Positions 46,779 to 58,661 of a stretch of DNA of 64,000 nucleotides are shown piece after piece. The DNA is from an uncultured Eubacteriales bacterium. GTDB lineage: Bacteria; Actinomycetota; Coriobacteriia; Anaerosomatales; JAAXUF01. The stretch's first letter is position 1. Each line of letters opens with the position of its first letter. Location of the stretch: positions 50,430 through 114,429 of the forward strand of contig CAZXWK010000001.1 of NCBI GenBank assembly GCA_964644675.1, in the 5' to 3' direction. The notes under the pieces are model-generated. The model had not been told where the DNA came from, did no database searches, and saw nothing but the letters and a program-made list of their open reading frames with translations. Position numbers and translations under genes: made by a program.

Positions 46779-46863
46779 CACCCGGTCTTGCGTCATGCCG
46801 CGTCAGGCCGCGACCGGGTGCGATCCTCGCCGAGTGGTTCGCGCGGACGCAGGGCTTCAGGCG

Positions 46864-47205
46864 CTACTTCCAGTGGCCGTCCACGCTGCAGGTCAGCGTC
46901 CCCGCCGACGCGTCCCACGCGTAGGCGCCGCCGTTGGGGCACGTCGGGACCTTGTCGACGGCGCCGGCCGAGACGAGCTCAGCCGTGGTCGCCGGCATCG
47001 GCGTCCCCGGGTTCGCCGCGGCCCACTGCGCGACCTGGCTCTCGAAGACCTGCTGGTTGCTCAGGCATACCGTGCGCTGCGCCTGGTCGGAATACTGGCC
47101 GGCCTTCTGCGCGTTGCCGGGCAGCTTGGCGCCGCCACATCCGGCAAGCGCGATCGATGCGACGACGAGCGTCGCCGCGAGCATCATCCGGGTCGCCGTT
47201 CGCAT
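46864..47205 (-). CDS. small lipoprotein with pseudopilin-like Cys pattern, function unknown
   Basis: Lipobox IALAGC. The mature part ...CLSNQQVFESQVAQWAAANPG...ELVSAG..DKVPTCPNGGAYAWD...LTCSVDGHW resembles the globular part of type II secretion/type IV pilin-like proteins but lacks a prepilin N-terminus. Confidence 0.6.
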   Translation of the reverse strand: MRTATRMMLAATLVVASIALAGCGGAKLPGNAQKAGQYSDQAQRTVCLSNQQVFESQVAQWAAANPGTPMPATTAELVSAGAVDKVPTCPNGGAYAWDASAGTLTCSVDGHWK

Positions 47206-47298
47206 GACTCCGTCCCTTCCGCGAGAGCTGGCGGGCGCGTGCTAGAATCTTCGGACATTGTGCCCGAAAGTGCGTGTTCGGCTACGGAGGATTCACAA

Positions 47299-48693
47299 AT
47301 GCGTATCGCAGTTCTCGGTGGAGGTCCCGGCGGCTACTCTGCGGCGTTCGAGGCCGCGCGACTCGGGGCACAGGTCACGCTCGTCGAGAAGAGCCGGCTC
47401 GGAGGCACGTGCCTGAACTGGGGCTGCATCCCCACCAAGACCATCCTGCGCTCCGCGCACATCGTGCACGACACCAAGCACGCCGAGGAGTTCGGGCTGA
47501 ACGCTGCACCCGCTACGGTCGATGTCGACCGGCTCCGCGCGCGCAAAGAAGGCGTCGTGGACGAACTCGTCGGGCAGATCGAGGCGAGCGCGAAGCGGCT
47601 CAAGGTCGAGGTCGTCTACGGCGAGGGCAAGCTCCTTGGCGCCGACGAGCTCCTGGTCGACCTCGAGGAGGGCGGCACGCAGATCGTCGAGTGCGACGCC
47701 GTGATCCTGGCGACCGGTTCCGAGACCTTCAGGCTGCCGTCGATCGACCACGACATGGCCGGCATCTGGACGAGCGACGACGCGGTCTCGCTTCGCGAGA
47801 TCCCCGGCGAGATCGTCATCATCGGCGGGGGCGTCATCGGCCTCGAGTTCGCGTGCGCCTACGCGGTCTTCGGCAGCAAGGTGACCGTCGTCGAGCTCAT
47901 GGACCAGGTCCTGCCGGGCAATGACAAGCGCGTGGTCAAGCTCGTGCAAGCCAAGCTCGAAGAGCTGGGCGTGGAGTTCCACCTGGGCGACGCCGTCGAG
48001 TCCGTCGCGCGCGAGAACGGCCGCATGGTCAGCACGCTGCGCAGCGGCACCGCCATCGAGAGCGACATCGTGATGAGCGCGGTCGGTCGCGTGCCCAACT
48101 CGTTCGGCCTGGGATTCCAGGAGGTCGGACTCGAGTTCGACCGCCGCGCGCTCAAGGTCGACGAGCACTTCCGCACCAACGTCGAGGGCATCTACGCGAT
48201 CGGCGACCTGATCGGCGGCATGATGCTCGCCCACGTCGCCGAGGAGGAGGGCGTCGTCGCCGCGCGCAACGCGGTGGCAGTGCTCAAGGCCGCCGCGGGT
48301 GGCCCGCCCGCGGAGCTCGAGACGCTTCGCTGCGACTGCATCCCCGCCTGTGTCTACACGTTCCCGGAGGTCGGCGTCGTCGGCTCGTCGCGCGACTCGG
48401 CCAAGGAGCGCGGCATCGACGCGGTCCAGGCGGTCTCGAAGTTCGCGGCGAACGGCAAGGCTCTCGGCGAGGGCGAGGGCGACGGCTTCGTGCAGATGGT
48501 CGCCGAGAAGGGCACCGGCCGTATCGTCGGCTGCCAGATCGTCGGGCCGCACGCGGTCGAGATCATCAACGAGGTCGGCCTCGCGATGGCGCAGGGCATC
48601 ACTGTCGGCGAGCTCGCCGAGACGGTCCACGCCCATCCCACGGTGAGCGAGGTCATCCGCGCCGCTGCGGCGGACGCGGCGAGCAAGGTCTGA
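47299..48693 (+). CDS. lpdA: dihydrolipoyl dehydrogenase
   Basis: ATG follows GGAGGA. FAD motif GGGPGGY, redox-active GGTCLNWGCIPTK, NAD motif GGGVIGLE, and a C-terminal HAHPT(V)SE interface. Confidence 0.9.
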   Translation: MRIAVLGGGPGGYSAAFEAARLGAQVTLVEKSRLGGTCLNWGCIPTKTILRSAHIVHDTKHAEEFGLNAAPATVDVDRLRARKEGVVDELVGQIEASAKRLKVEVVYGEGKLLGADELLVDLEEGGTQIVECDAVILATGSETFRLPSIDHDMAGIWTSDDAVSLREIPGEIVIIGGGVIGLEFACAYAVFGSKVTVVELMDQVLPGNDKRVVKLVQAKLEELGVEFHLGDAVESVARENGRMVSTLRSGTAIESDIVMSAVGRVPNSFGLGFQEVGLEFDRRALKVDEHFRTNVEGIYAIGDLIGGMMLAHVAEEEGVVAARNAVAVLKAAAGGPPAELETLRCDCIPACVYTFPEVGVVGSSRDSAKERGIDAVQAVSKFAANGKALGEGEGDGFVQMVAEKGTGRIVGCQIVGPHAVEIINEVGLAMAQGITVGELAETVHAHPTVSEVIRAAAADAASKV

Positions 48694-48718
48694 CGACCGA
48701 GGCGCACCGGGTGCTAGT

Positions 48719-49648
48719 ATGGGCGCCCGAACCGCGTCCCGAGTCGGAAGGACCCAGCGCGTGTCCGAGTACCGCCATGGCGCGACCGCCCGGCTTCCCG
48801 AGTGGCTGCGCCGACCGATCGCCCAGCCCGGCAAGGCCCTCGACGTTGAGGAGCTGCTCGGCGACCTGCGCCTGAACACCGTCTGCAAGTCGGCGAAGTG
48901 CCCCAACCGCGGCGAGTGCTACGCGAGCGGCACCGCGACGTTCCTGGTGCTCGGCGACGCGTGTACGCGCGGCTGCCGCTTCTGTGCGGTCGAGACTCGG
49001 GTCCCGGCCGCGCCCGACCGAGGTGAGCCCGCCCGCGTCGCCGAGGCCGCGAGCCGGCTCGGCCTGCGCCACGTCGTCGTCACGATGGTGACCCGCGACG
49101 ACCTCCGGGATGGGGGCGCCGCGCACATCGTCGCGATCATCGATGCCGTACGCGCCGCAGCCCCCGACGTCGCGGTCGAGGTGCTCACGAGCGACTTCGC
49201 GGGCGCGCCGGACGCCATCGACCTGGTCGCGGCGGCGAGGCCCGACGTCTTCAACCACAACGTCGAGACCGTCCCGCGCCTCTACGCGACCGTGCGTCCC
49301 GGCGCCGACTACGAGCGCTCGCTCGGAGTCCTCGCGCGCGTGCGCGAGATGCAACCCGACCTGCCGACCAAGTCCGGGCTCATGCTCGGGCTGGGGGAGA
49401 CGCCCGACGAGGTCGTCTCGGTGATGGAAGACCTGCGCGCTCACGGAGTGTCGATGCTGACGCTCGGCCAGTACCTGCGGCCGAGCAAGGACCACCTGCC
49501 CGTCGCCGAGTTCGTGGATCCGAGCGTGTTCGCGGAGCTGGCGCGGGCGGGCTACCGGCTGGGGTTCTCGGCGGTCGCGAGCGCGCCGTTCGTGCGCTCG
49601 AGTTACCACGCCGGCGATCTGGCCCACGAGTCCTCGGCGGGAGAGTAG
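48719..49648 (+). CDS. lipA: lipoyl synthase
   Basis: The auxiliary cluster motif is CKSAKCPNRGEC and the radical-SAM motif is CTRGCRFC. The exact start is uncertain. Confidence 0.9.
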   Translation: MGARTASRVGRTQRVSEYRHGATARLPEWLRRPIAQPGKALDVEELLGDLRLNTVCKSAKCPNRGECYASGTATFLVLGDACTRGCRFCAVETRVPAAPDRGEPARVAEAASRLGLRHVVVTMVTRDDLRDGGAAHIVAIIDAVRAAAPDVAVEVLTSDFAGAPDAIDLVAAARPDVFNHNVETVPRLYATVRPGADYERSLGVLARVREMQPDLPTKSGLMLGLGETPDEVVSVMEDLRAHGVSMLTLGQYLRPSKDHLPVAEFVDPSVFAELARAGYRLGFSAVASAPFVRSSYHAGDLAHESSAGE

Positions 49649-49651
49649 CGG

Positions 49652-50680
49652 CTACTCGCGGTTGGCGTCGAGTGGCTTGCCGGCTCGGTCCCGGCCGGCC
49701 TCCTTGGCGTGGTAGAGCGAGCGGTCGGCCGCGGCGAGCAACTGCGCGGGCGTCACCGCCGCTCCGTCCAAGACGACCGCGCCGCCGGCACTCACCGTGA
49801 GGGCGTGCCCGCCGGTGTAGTCGCTGAACGGGATCTCCCGGACGCATTCGACCACGCGCTCCATGAGTCGCTCGAGCTCCTCGGGCCCGGTCTCGGGCGC
49901 GAGGATCGCGAACTCGTCGCCGCCATAGCGGCCGATGACGTCGGCCTCGCGCACGGCGGTCTCCAGTGCTCGCGCTACGCTCTTGAGCGCCTCGTCGCCC
50001 ACCGGATGTCCCCAGTTGTCGTTGACGGTCTTGAACCGGTCGACGTCCACCAGGACCAGGCCCAACGGGTGTCCGTACCTCTGGGCCCACGACACCCACT
50101 GGTGGACGTAGCCGTAGAAGCCACGCCGGTTGTAGAGCCCCGTCAGATGGTCGTGACTCGCCATCTGGGCGAGGCGCTGCTGGTCCCGAAACGAGCGGGC
50201 GAGCACGCGCGCGAGGAAGCGGGCGAGGTCGACCTGGCTGTGGCGCGCCTCGATGGCGTCCACGAGTCGCATCACGTGCCGAGCGTACGCTTCCCGGTGG
50301 TAGGTGGACGACCCCGGTTCCATCAGGTCGAGCAGTTCGCCGAAGACCGGGTCGAGCATGTAGAACTCGAGGTGCGCCGCGACGTTGAGCATCTGGTCCT
50401 CGGACAGGCCCGAGAGGTCGGTCGGCACGATGTCGTCGATCTCTTCCCGTAGCGCCGTGAGCCGCTCGCGAACGTCGGAGCCGTCGGCGAGGTCCGGAAC
50501 GAGCCCGTCTCCCCACGCCTCGAGCAGGTCGCTCCACCACGTGACGTGTGCGTGCTCGTCCACGGCCATACGGTCGAAGAGCCTGCTCAGGTCGGGGTCG
50601 GTCGCTGCGGCGGCCATCGAGGAGTAGGTCTGCTCGGCGATGTGATCGAGCTCGACGCATAGTCGGAGGATGTGGTCCAT
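49652..50680 (-). CDS. diguanylate cyclase (GGDEF) with N-terminal ferritin-like/four-helix-bundle putative di-metal domain
   Basis: The C-terminal half carries HDHLTGLYNRRGF...RYGGDEFAIL (an intact GGDEF motif). The N-terminal ~165 aa are helical with E/H-rich pairs (ELDHIAEQ, VDEHAH, HLEF, HREAYARH). Confidence 0.85.
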   Translation of the reverse strand: MDHILRLCVELDHIAEQTYSSMAAAATDPDLSRLFDRMAVDEHAHVTWWSDLLEAWGDGLVPDLADGSDVRERLTALREEIDDIVPTDLSGLSEDQMLNVAAHLEFYMLDPVFGELLDLMEPGSSTYHREAYARHVMRLVDAIEARHSQVDLARFLARVLARSFRDQQRLAQMASHDHLTGLYNRRGFYGYVHQWVSWAQRYGHPLGLVLVDVDRFKTVNDNWGHPVGDEALKSVARALETAVREADVIGRYGGDEFAILAPETGPEELERLMERVVECVREIPFSDYTGGHALTVSAGGAVVLDGAAVTPAQLLAAADRSLYHAKEAGRDRAGKPLDANRE

Positions 50681-51000
50681 GGGTCTCCAGCTTCAGAGGG
50701 CCTCTTCGGAGGCGGGTTCCCGGTCGCGTCGCCCGTAACCTTGTGTTCCCGAGCAAAGCATCTCACACGCCTTGGCCGCGCGATCCGTTGGTGCGAACCT
50801 ATCTCGATTCATACGGTTACGCTTCCGAACCGACAGAGGTATAGTTGATGAGGGGTCGGCGAGGAGACTCGCCGAAGAGGAACTTCTTCATTTTCTGTCT
50901 GAGACGCCCGTTCGCTTGCGAGCGGGCGTCTCGGCGTTCCGAGAAGCCCGTTCTCCAGGCGTCGCGCGCGAGGAGCGGCGGCCTGGGGTGGAGAGATAGA

Positions 51001-51345
51001 ATGGAGACGCCGCGTGAGCGGCGAGACAGCGTACAGAGAGGTGGCGTGGTGGACAGCATCGACGAGCTGGACATGTACGAGGCGGAGAAGCGGCTCGCGC
51101 TCTACAACGAGTACCGCGACGCGATCCGTGTCTTCGGCTACTACGTCGAGACGGAGCTGCGGGCCTATCTGTGCAACGGCGTGGACGTCGACGCGGTGCC
51201 GGCCCCGGGAGGGACGTACTTCCGGGTCACGCTCACCGACACCTGGATCTACGAGGCTGAGCGGCCGCAGCGTTTCGTCCCCGAGGTCGTCATCTACGAG
51301 GTGGGTCCCGTTCACGTGCAGAAGCTGCGCGGCGAGGACGACTAG
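51001..51345 (+). CDS. hypothetical protein immediately upstream of ligA
   Basis: Coding-like composition (...DMYEAEKRLALYNEYRDAIRVFGYYVETELRAYL...). It ends 3 nt before ligA. The start is uncertain: ATG at 51001, or GTG at 51046 or 51049 after GAGAGG. Confidence 0.5.
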   Translation: METPRERRDSVQRGGVVDSIDELDMYEAEKRLALYNEYRDAIRVFGYYVETELRAYLCNGVDVDAVPAPGGTYFRVTLTDTWIYEAERPQRFVPEVVIYEVGPVHVQKLRGEDD

Positions 51346-54163
<2,818 letters not shown>

Positions 54164-54167
<4 letters not shown>

Positions 54168-54952
54168 GTCCCGAGAACCCCGAGTCGACGACGGCGCCCG
54201 CAACGCCTCTCGAGCCCGTACCCGTCGCGCCCGCCGAGCGTCCCCTGACGCTCGTCGAGTGGAGCGTCGCCGAGGGCCTCGCGCTCGTCGTGTTCGCTAT
54301 CGTGCTCACCTTGCTCGCGGGGCTCGTCACGGCGCGCGTCTTCGCGTCCGGGCTCAGCGACGAGGTGCAGTCGCTCATCGTCGGCGGTCTGCTGTTGCTG
54401 ACCTACGCGGGCCAGGCCGGCGCTGCGTGGGTGAGCGGGCGGACTCGCGGGGTCTCCTCGCTCGGATCGATCGGGTTCTGGCCGATCGCCCCGGTCGTGC
54501 CGTGGGTGCTCGCCGCCGTGGGTGTCGCCGCGGGCATGCGTGTCTTCGAGATGGTGTACGAGGCGCTGCTCCGCGCCGGCGGCGTGGCGCTGTCGGGACA
54601 GAACCTCGACATGACCCGGATCCTGCCGCCGGGCGTGTTCGGCACCGCGTTCACGGTGGTGCTGCTCGTCGTCATCGCCCCCATCGCCGAGGAAGTCGTC
54701 TTCCGCGGCGTCCTGCTCTCGGCGTTCCGGGCGCGGTGGGGCGACGTCGCCGGGATCACCGTCTCGGCCGCGATCTTCTCGGCGGTGCACCTCAATCCGT
54801 ACTCGTTCCTGCCGCTCTTCGTTCTGGGCGCGTCGATGGGCGCGCTGTTCGTGAAGTCTCGCTCCCTGTGGACCGCGGTCATCGCACACGCGGCGTTCAA
54901 CGGGCTCGGGGTCATGGCGCTGTACGCGCTGCGCGCTCTGGGGCTGCAGTGA
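54164..54952 (+). CDS. CPBP-family intramembrane glutamic endopeptidase (CAAX protease-like)
   Basis: Motifs are EEVVFRG (EExxxR), FSAVH (FxxxH) and HAAFNG (HxxxN/D). The start overlaps the previous gene by 4 nt. Confidence 0.8.
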
Positions 54953-56148
54953 CCGGCGCCGGCGCGCATCTGTCGCTTCGGCCCGAGCGGTGCGACCAGT
55001 GCGGCCGATGTGAGCGCGCCTGCTCGGCCGATGCGATCAAGGTGGGGCCGTCCTACCTCTACGTCGACTGGCACGCATGCGACGGCTGCAACGCGTGCGT
55101 CGAAGCGTGCGACCGCGGTGCGATCGAGCGCGCGGTCGTCTCGAAGCGCGCGATGGCCTCGGCGCCTCTCGCGCCCGACGCGGTCAGCAAGGTCGTTGTC
55201 GGCTCGCGAGCCGAGGCCAAGGCGGTGCGCAAGGCCGCCGAGCAGGCCGCCAAGGCGCAGGCGAAAGGCGGGGTCACGTACGCGCCCAAGGCCGACAAGA
55301 CCGCTGCCGAGATCGCCGCGCAAGTCTCGGCGCGGTCCGGCGGTAGCGCTGCCGCGACCGCCTCGCCGGCGCCCCGCCCGCGCGTGGCGGTGGCGGGCGT
55401 CAGCGCCGGGGGGCCGCCGCCGGGTGCCGTCAGCTGGACGCTGGTCGATCTCGGGGTGACGCTCGCGGTGGTGCTGGTGACCGTGCTGGTGAAGGACCTG
55501 GTCTTCGGGCTGCGCGCGGTCGGTCTCATGCCCGTCGAGGGGCGCATGCTCGTGCGGGGCGCGGTGCTGGTCGCGTTCTACTGTCTCCAGCTCGCCGCGT
55601 TCTCGTGGCTCGCCTCGCGCCACCACGCCCGGCTCCTCCCCGCCTTCGGGCTTCGCCGTGCCGACGGCGCGCCCGATACCTCGGACACCAGCCCGTCGGC
55701 GATCGGCTCGGCGGGGCTCGTGCTGCTGCTGTTCGCCGGTACCGAGACCTTCGCGATCGTCTATGGGCTCGCGATGCGGGCGGCGGGGTTCGTAAGGCCC
55801 GAGCAGCTGAACGTGGACCTGGGCGTTCTCTTCGGGACTGGCTGGTGGGGCGTCGCGCTGTCCGTGGCCCTCGTGGCGTTCGTCGCGCCCTTCGCCGAGG
55901 AGTTGGCGTTCCGGGGCATCGTGCTGCCGGTGCTTGGTGCCCGATGGGGAGCATGGCCGGCGGTCGTGACCTCCGCCGCCGTCTTCGCGGCCTACCACTT
56001 CAGCGCGTGGATGTTCGCGCCCACGTTCGTGCTGGGTGTCGCCCTGGCGTGGTTGGCGTGGACGCGCCGTTCGCTCTGGCCGGCGATCTGCCTCCACGTG
56101 CTCTACAACGGTGCCGCCGTGGCGGCGAGCTACTTGCTGGTGCGGTAG
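54949..56148 (+). CDS. 2x[4Fe-4S] ferredoxin domain fused to a CPBP-family intramembrane protease domain
   Basis: GTG overlaps the previous stop (GTGA). The N-terminus has CDQCGRCERAC and CDGCNACVEAC (54991-55110). An Ala/Lys-rich linker and TM helices follow, with EELAFRG, FAAYHF and HVLYNG. Confidence 0.75.
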   Translation: MTGAGAHLSLRPERCDQCGRCERACSADAIKVGPSYLYVDWHACDGCNACVEACDRGAIERAVVSKRAMASAPLAPDAVSKVVVGSRAEAKAVRKAAEQAAKAQAKGGVTYAPKADKTAAEIAAQVSARSGGSAAATASPAPRPRVAVAGVSAGGPPPGAVSWTLVDLGVTLAVVLVTVLVKDLVFGLRAVGLMPVEGRMLVRGAVLVAFYCLQLAAFSWLASRHHARLLPAFGLRRADGAPDTSDTSPSAIGSAGLVLLLFAGTETFAIVYGLAMRAAGFVRPEQLNVDLGVLFGTGWWGVALSVALVAFVAPFAEELAFRGIVLPVLGARWGAWPAVVTSAAVFAAYHFSAWMFAPTFVLGVALAWLAWTRRSLWPAICLHVLYNGAAVAASYLLVR

Positions 56149-56318
56149 ACGCCGCGCTCGTCGCCGGTGAGTCACCCGACTGTGTTCGGGCACCTCGGCG
56201 CGATTCGAACGGAGCGACCTTCGGAGCACGCTGTGGGGCGGTTGGGTATGATGAGTGCCGTGCTCTTGCCGGCCTGCGCCGGCGCGCCTCGGTCGTCTGC
56301 ACGAAAGGACCCCCTCGC

Positions 56319-56621
56319 ATGTCCCTCTCCGAGCGCGACGTCCGCCACGTCGCCCTGCTCGCCCGCCTCGCGCTTTCCGATGACGAGGTCGAGGCGATGC
56401 GCACCGACCTCAACTCGATCCTCGGCCACATCGACGAGATCCAGCGCCTCGACCTCGAGGGCGTCGAGCCCATGGCCCACGCCACCGCCGTCGTCAACGT
56501 GACGCGCGAGGACGTCTGCGCGCCGTCGTTCCCGCAAGACGTCGCGGTCGCCAACGCGCCACTCGCCGAGAACGGCGCCTTCGTGATCCCGCAGATCGTG
56601 GGCGGCGGTGAGGAGGCGTGA
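56319..56621 (+). CDS. gatC: Asp/Glu-tRNA amidotransferase subunit C
   Basis: The translation MSLSERDVRHVALLARLALSDDEVEAM..DLNSILGHID is a typical GatC. The end overlaps the gatA start. Confidence 0.9.
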   Translation: MSLSERDVRHVALLARLALSDDEVEAMRTDLNSILGHIDEIQRLDLEGVEPMAHATAVVNVTREDVCAPSFPQDVAVANAPLAENGAFVIPQIVGGGEEA

Positions 56622-58105
56622 GCAACCTGCGACTCGCAACGGCCACCGCGAGCGAGATACGCTCCGGGCTCGCGGCCAAGGACTTCTCGGCGGTCGAGGT
56701 CACCGAGGTCATGCTCGAGCGCATCGGCGACCTGAACGCCGACGTCCGCGCGTTCAACCAGATCACGCCGGAACTCGCGCTGACCGCGGCCGACAGGATC
56801 GACGCGCTCGTCGCGCGCGGCGAGGAGCTGCCTCCGCTCGCGGGCGTCCCGGCGGCGTTCAAGGACAACATGAACCTGATCGGCACGCGCACGACCTGCT
56901 CGAGCCGCATCCTGGCGAACTACGAGAGCCCCTACGACTGCACCGCGGTCGCGCGGCTGATCGACGCGGGCGTCATCCCGCTCGGCAAGTGCAACATGGA
57001 CGAGTTCGCCTTCGGAAGCTCGGGCGAGACGAGCGCGACCGGACCCGCCAAGAACCCGTGGGACCTCGGCCGCGTGCCGGGCGGCTCGAGTGCGGGCAGC
57101 GCCGCAGCCGTCGCCGCAGGCATGGCGACCGTCACGCTCGGCAGCGACACGGGCGGCTCGATCCGACAGCCCGGCTCGCTGACCGGTACGGTCGCGCTCA
57201 AGCCGACGTACGGCCGCGTGAGCCGATACGGGTGCGTCGCCTTCGCGAGCTCGCTCGACCAGATCGGCCCCTTCAGCCGAACCGTCGAGGACAGCGCGCT
57301 GGTGCTCCAGGCGATCAGCGGCAAGGACCCGCACGACGCGACGAGCTCCGAGCGCCCCGCCGAGGACTTCGTCGCCGCCGCGCGTGGGGCCGACGTGACC
57401 GGCATGCGTATCGCCATCGTGCGCGACATGCTCGAGATGGAGGGGCTCGATCCCGAGGTGCGCCAGAGCGTACTGGACGCCGCCGCGCGCTTCGAGGCGA
57501 TGGGCGCCACCGTGGGCGAGGTCGACCTGCCCACGAGCAAGCACGGGCTCTCGGCGTACTACATCATCGGTCCCGCCGAGGCGTCGTCGAACCTCGCGCG
57601 CTTCGACGGTATCCGCTACGGTCACCGCGCCGAGAACCCCGCCGACGTGCTCGACTTGTACATGCGCTCGCGCGCCGAGGGCTTCGGCGCCGAAGCCAAG
57701 CGGCGGATCATGCTCGGCACGTACGCGCTGTCGGCCGGCTACTACGACGCCTACTACGGCCAGGCGCAGAAGGCGCGCACGCTGATCGCCCGCGAGTTCA
57801 CCTCGGCGTTCCGGGACTACGACGTGCTCCTGACGCCGACGAGCCCGCAGGTCGCGTGGCGCTTCGGGGAGAAGAGCGACCCGCTGACCATGTACCTCTC
57901 GGACTTCTACACGATTCCGGTGAACCTCGCCGGCAACTGTGCGATCAACGTCCCGTGCGGATTCGCGGAAGAGGACGGAGTGCGACTGCCCATCGGCCTG
58001 CAGATCATCGGCGACTACTTCGCCGAGTCGAAGGTCTTCTCGGCAGCAGCGGCCCTCGAGCGCGACCTGGGACTGGATCTGGAAAGCCCGCTCGTCTCGG
58101 CGTAG
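56618..58105 (+). CDS. gatA: Asp/Glu-tRNA amidotransferase subunit A
   Basis: It has the amidase signature GGSSAGSAAAVAAG and the motifs ...KDNM... and ...GSDTGGSIRQP.... Confidence 0.95.
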   Translation: MSNLRLATATASEIRSGLAAKDFSAVEVTEVMLERIGDLNADVRAFNQITPELALTAADRIDALVARGEELPPLAGVPAAFKDNMNLIGTRTTCSSRILANYESPYDCTAVARLIDAGVIPLGKCNMDEFAFGSSGETSATGPAKNPWDLGRVPGGSSAGSAAAVAAGMATVTLGSDTGGSIRQPGSLTGTVALKPTYGRVSRYGCVAFASSLDQIGPFSRTVEDSALVLQAISGKDPHDATSSERPAEDFVAAARGADVTGMRIAIVRDMLEMEGLDPEVRQSVLDAAARFEAMGATVGEVDLPTSKHGLSAYYIIGPAEASSNLARFDGIRYGHRAENPADVLDLYMRSRAEGFGAEAKRRIMLGTYALSAGYYDAYYGQAQKARTLIAREFTSAFRDYDVLLTPTSPQVAWRFGEKSDPLTMYLSDFYTIPVNLAGNCAINVPCGFAEEDGVRLPIGLQIIGDYFAESKVFSAAAALERDLGLDLESPLVSA

Positions 58106-58153
58106 GTGCCGCGACACGGGCATGACGACTGCACGCGACGAAAGGGGAGGACC

Positions 58154-58582
58154 ATGGGAACCAAGGCCGACTACACCGAGGAGCAGTGGCACGAGCTGCT
58201 GTTCGCGGTCCAGAACACGATGGCGTTCGTCTCGTTCGCCAACGGAGCGAAGTTCTGGGAGGGCATGAAGGAGGCGAGCGCGAGCGCCAAGTTCATGCGC
58301 GAGCAGTTCAAGTCGAGCGAGAGCGCGCTCATCCGCGACCTCGCGAGCACGGCAACGACCAAGCACGAGAAGCTCAACACCGCCGATCCGGCCGCGATGG
58401 AGAAGCAGGTGCTCGACTCGGTCGCCGAGGCGACCAAGCTCGTCGCCGACACGTCGCCCGAGGACCTCGACGCCTACAAGGCGTTCATCATCGGTGTCGC
58501 CGAGTCGGCTGCCGAGGCGGCGGACGGTGTCGACGAGGCCGAGCAAACCGCGATCGACAAGGTCAAGAGCGCGCTCGTCTAG
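58154..58582 (+). CDS. hypothetical helical protein
   Basis: ATG follows AAAGGGGAGG. 142 aa with coding-like composition. No motif was recognised. Confidence 0.55.
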   Translation: MGTKADYTEEQWHELLFAVQNTMAFVSFANGAKFWEGMKEASASAKFMREQFKSSESALIRDLASTATTKHEKLNTADPAAMEKQVLDSVAEATKLVADTSPEDLDAYKAFIIGVAESAAEAADGVDEAEQTAIDKVKSALV

Positions 58583-58609
58583 ACCGCGCCTGCCGCGAAC
58601 GCGAACGAC

Positions 58610-58633
58610 AAGGGCCGCCTTCGGGCGGCCCTT
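58610..58633. terminator. GC-rich hairpin between convergent genes (candidate bidirectional terminator)
   Basis: AAGGGCCGCC-ttcg-GGCGGCCCTT is a perfect 10-bp stem with a tetraloop. Confidence 0.6.
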
Positions 58634-58661
58634 CTCCGTGGCGAGCGGGGTTCTCGGCCAG

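Noticed and set aside
50901-50932. 10-bp GC hairpin (GAGACGCCCG...CGGGCGTCTC) as a terminator
   Set aside because: It lies in the divergent promoter region between the GGDEF gene and the ligA-upstream gene, so no upstream gene is available to terminate. It has no U tract on either strand. It could be a 5'-UTR element but there is no supporting evidence.
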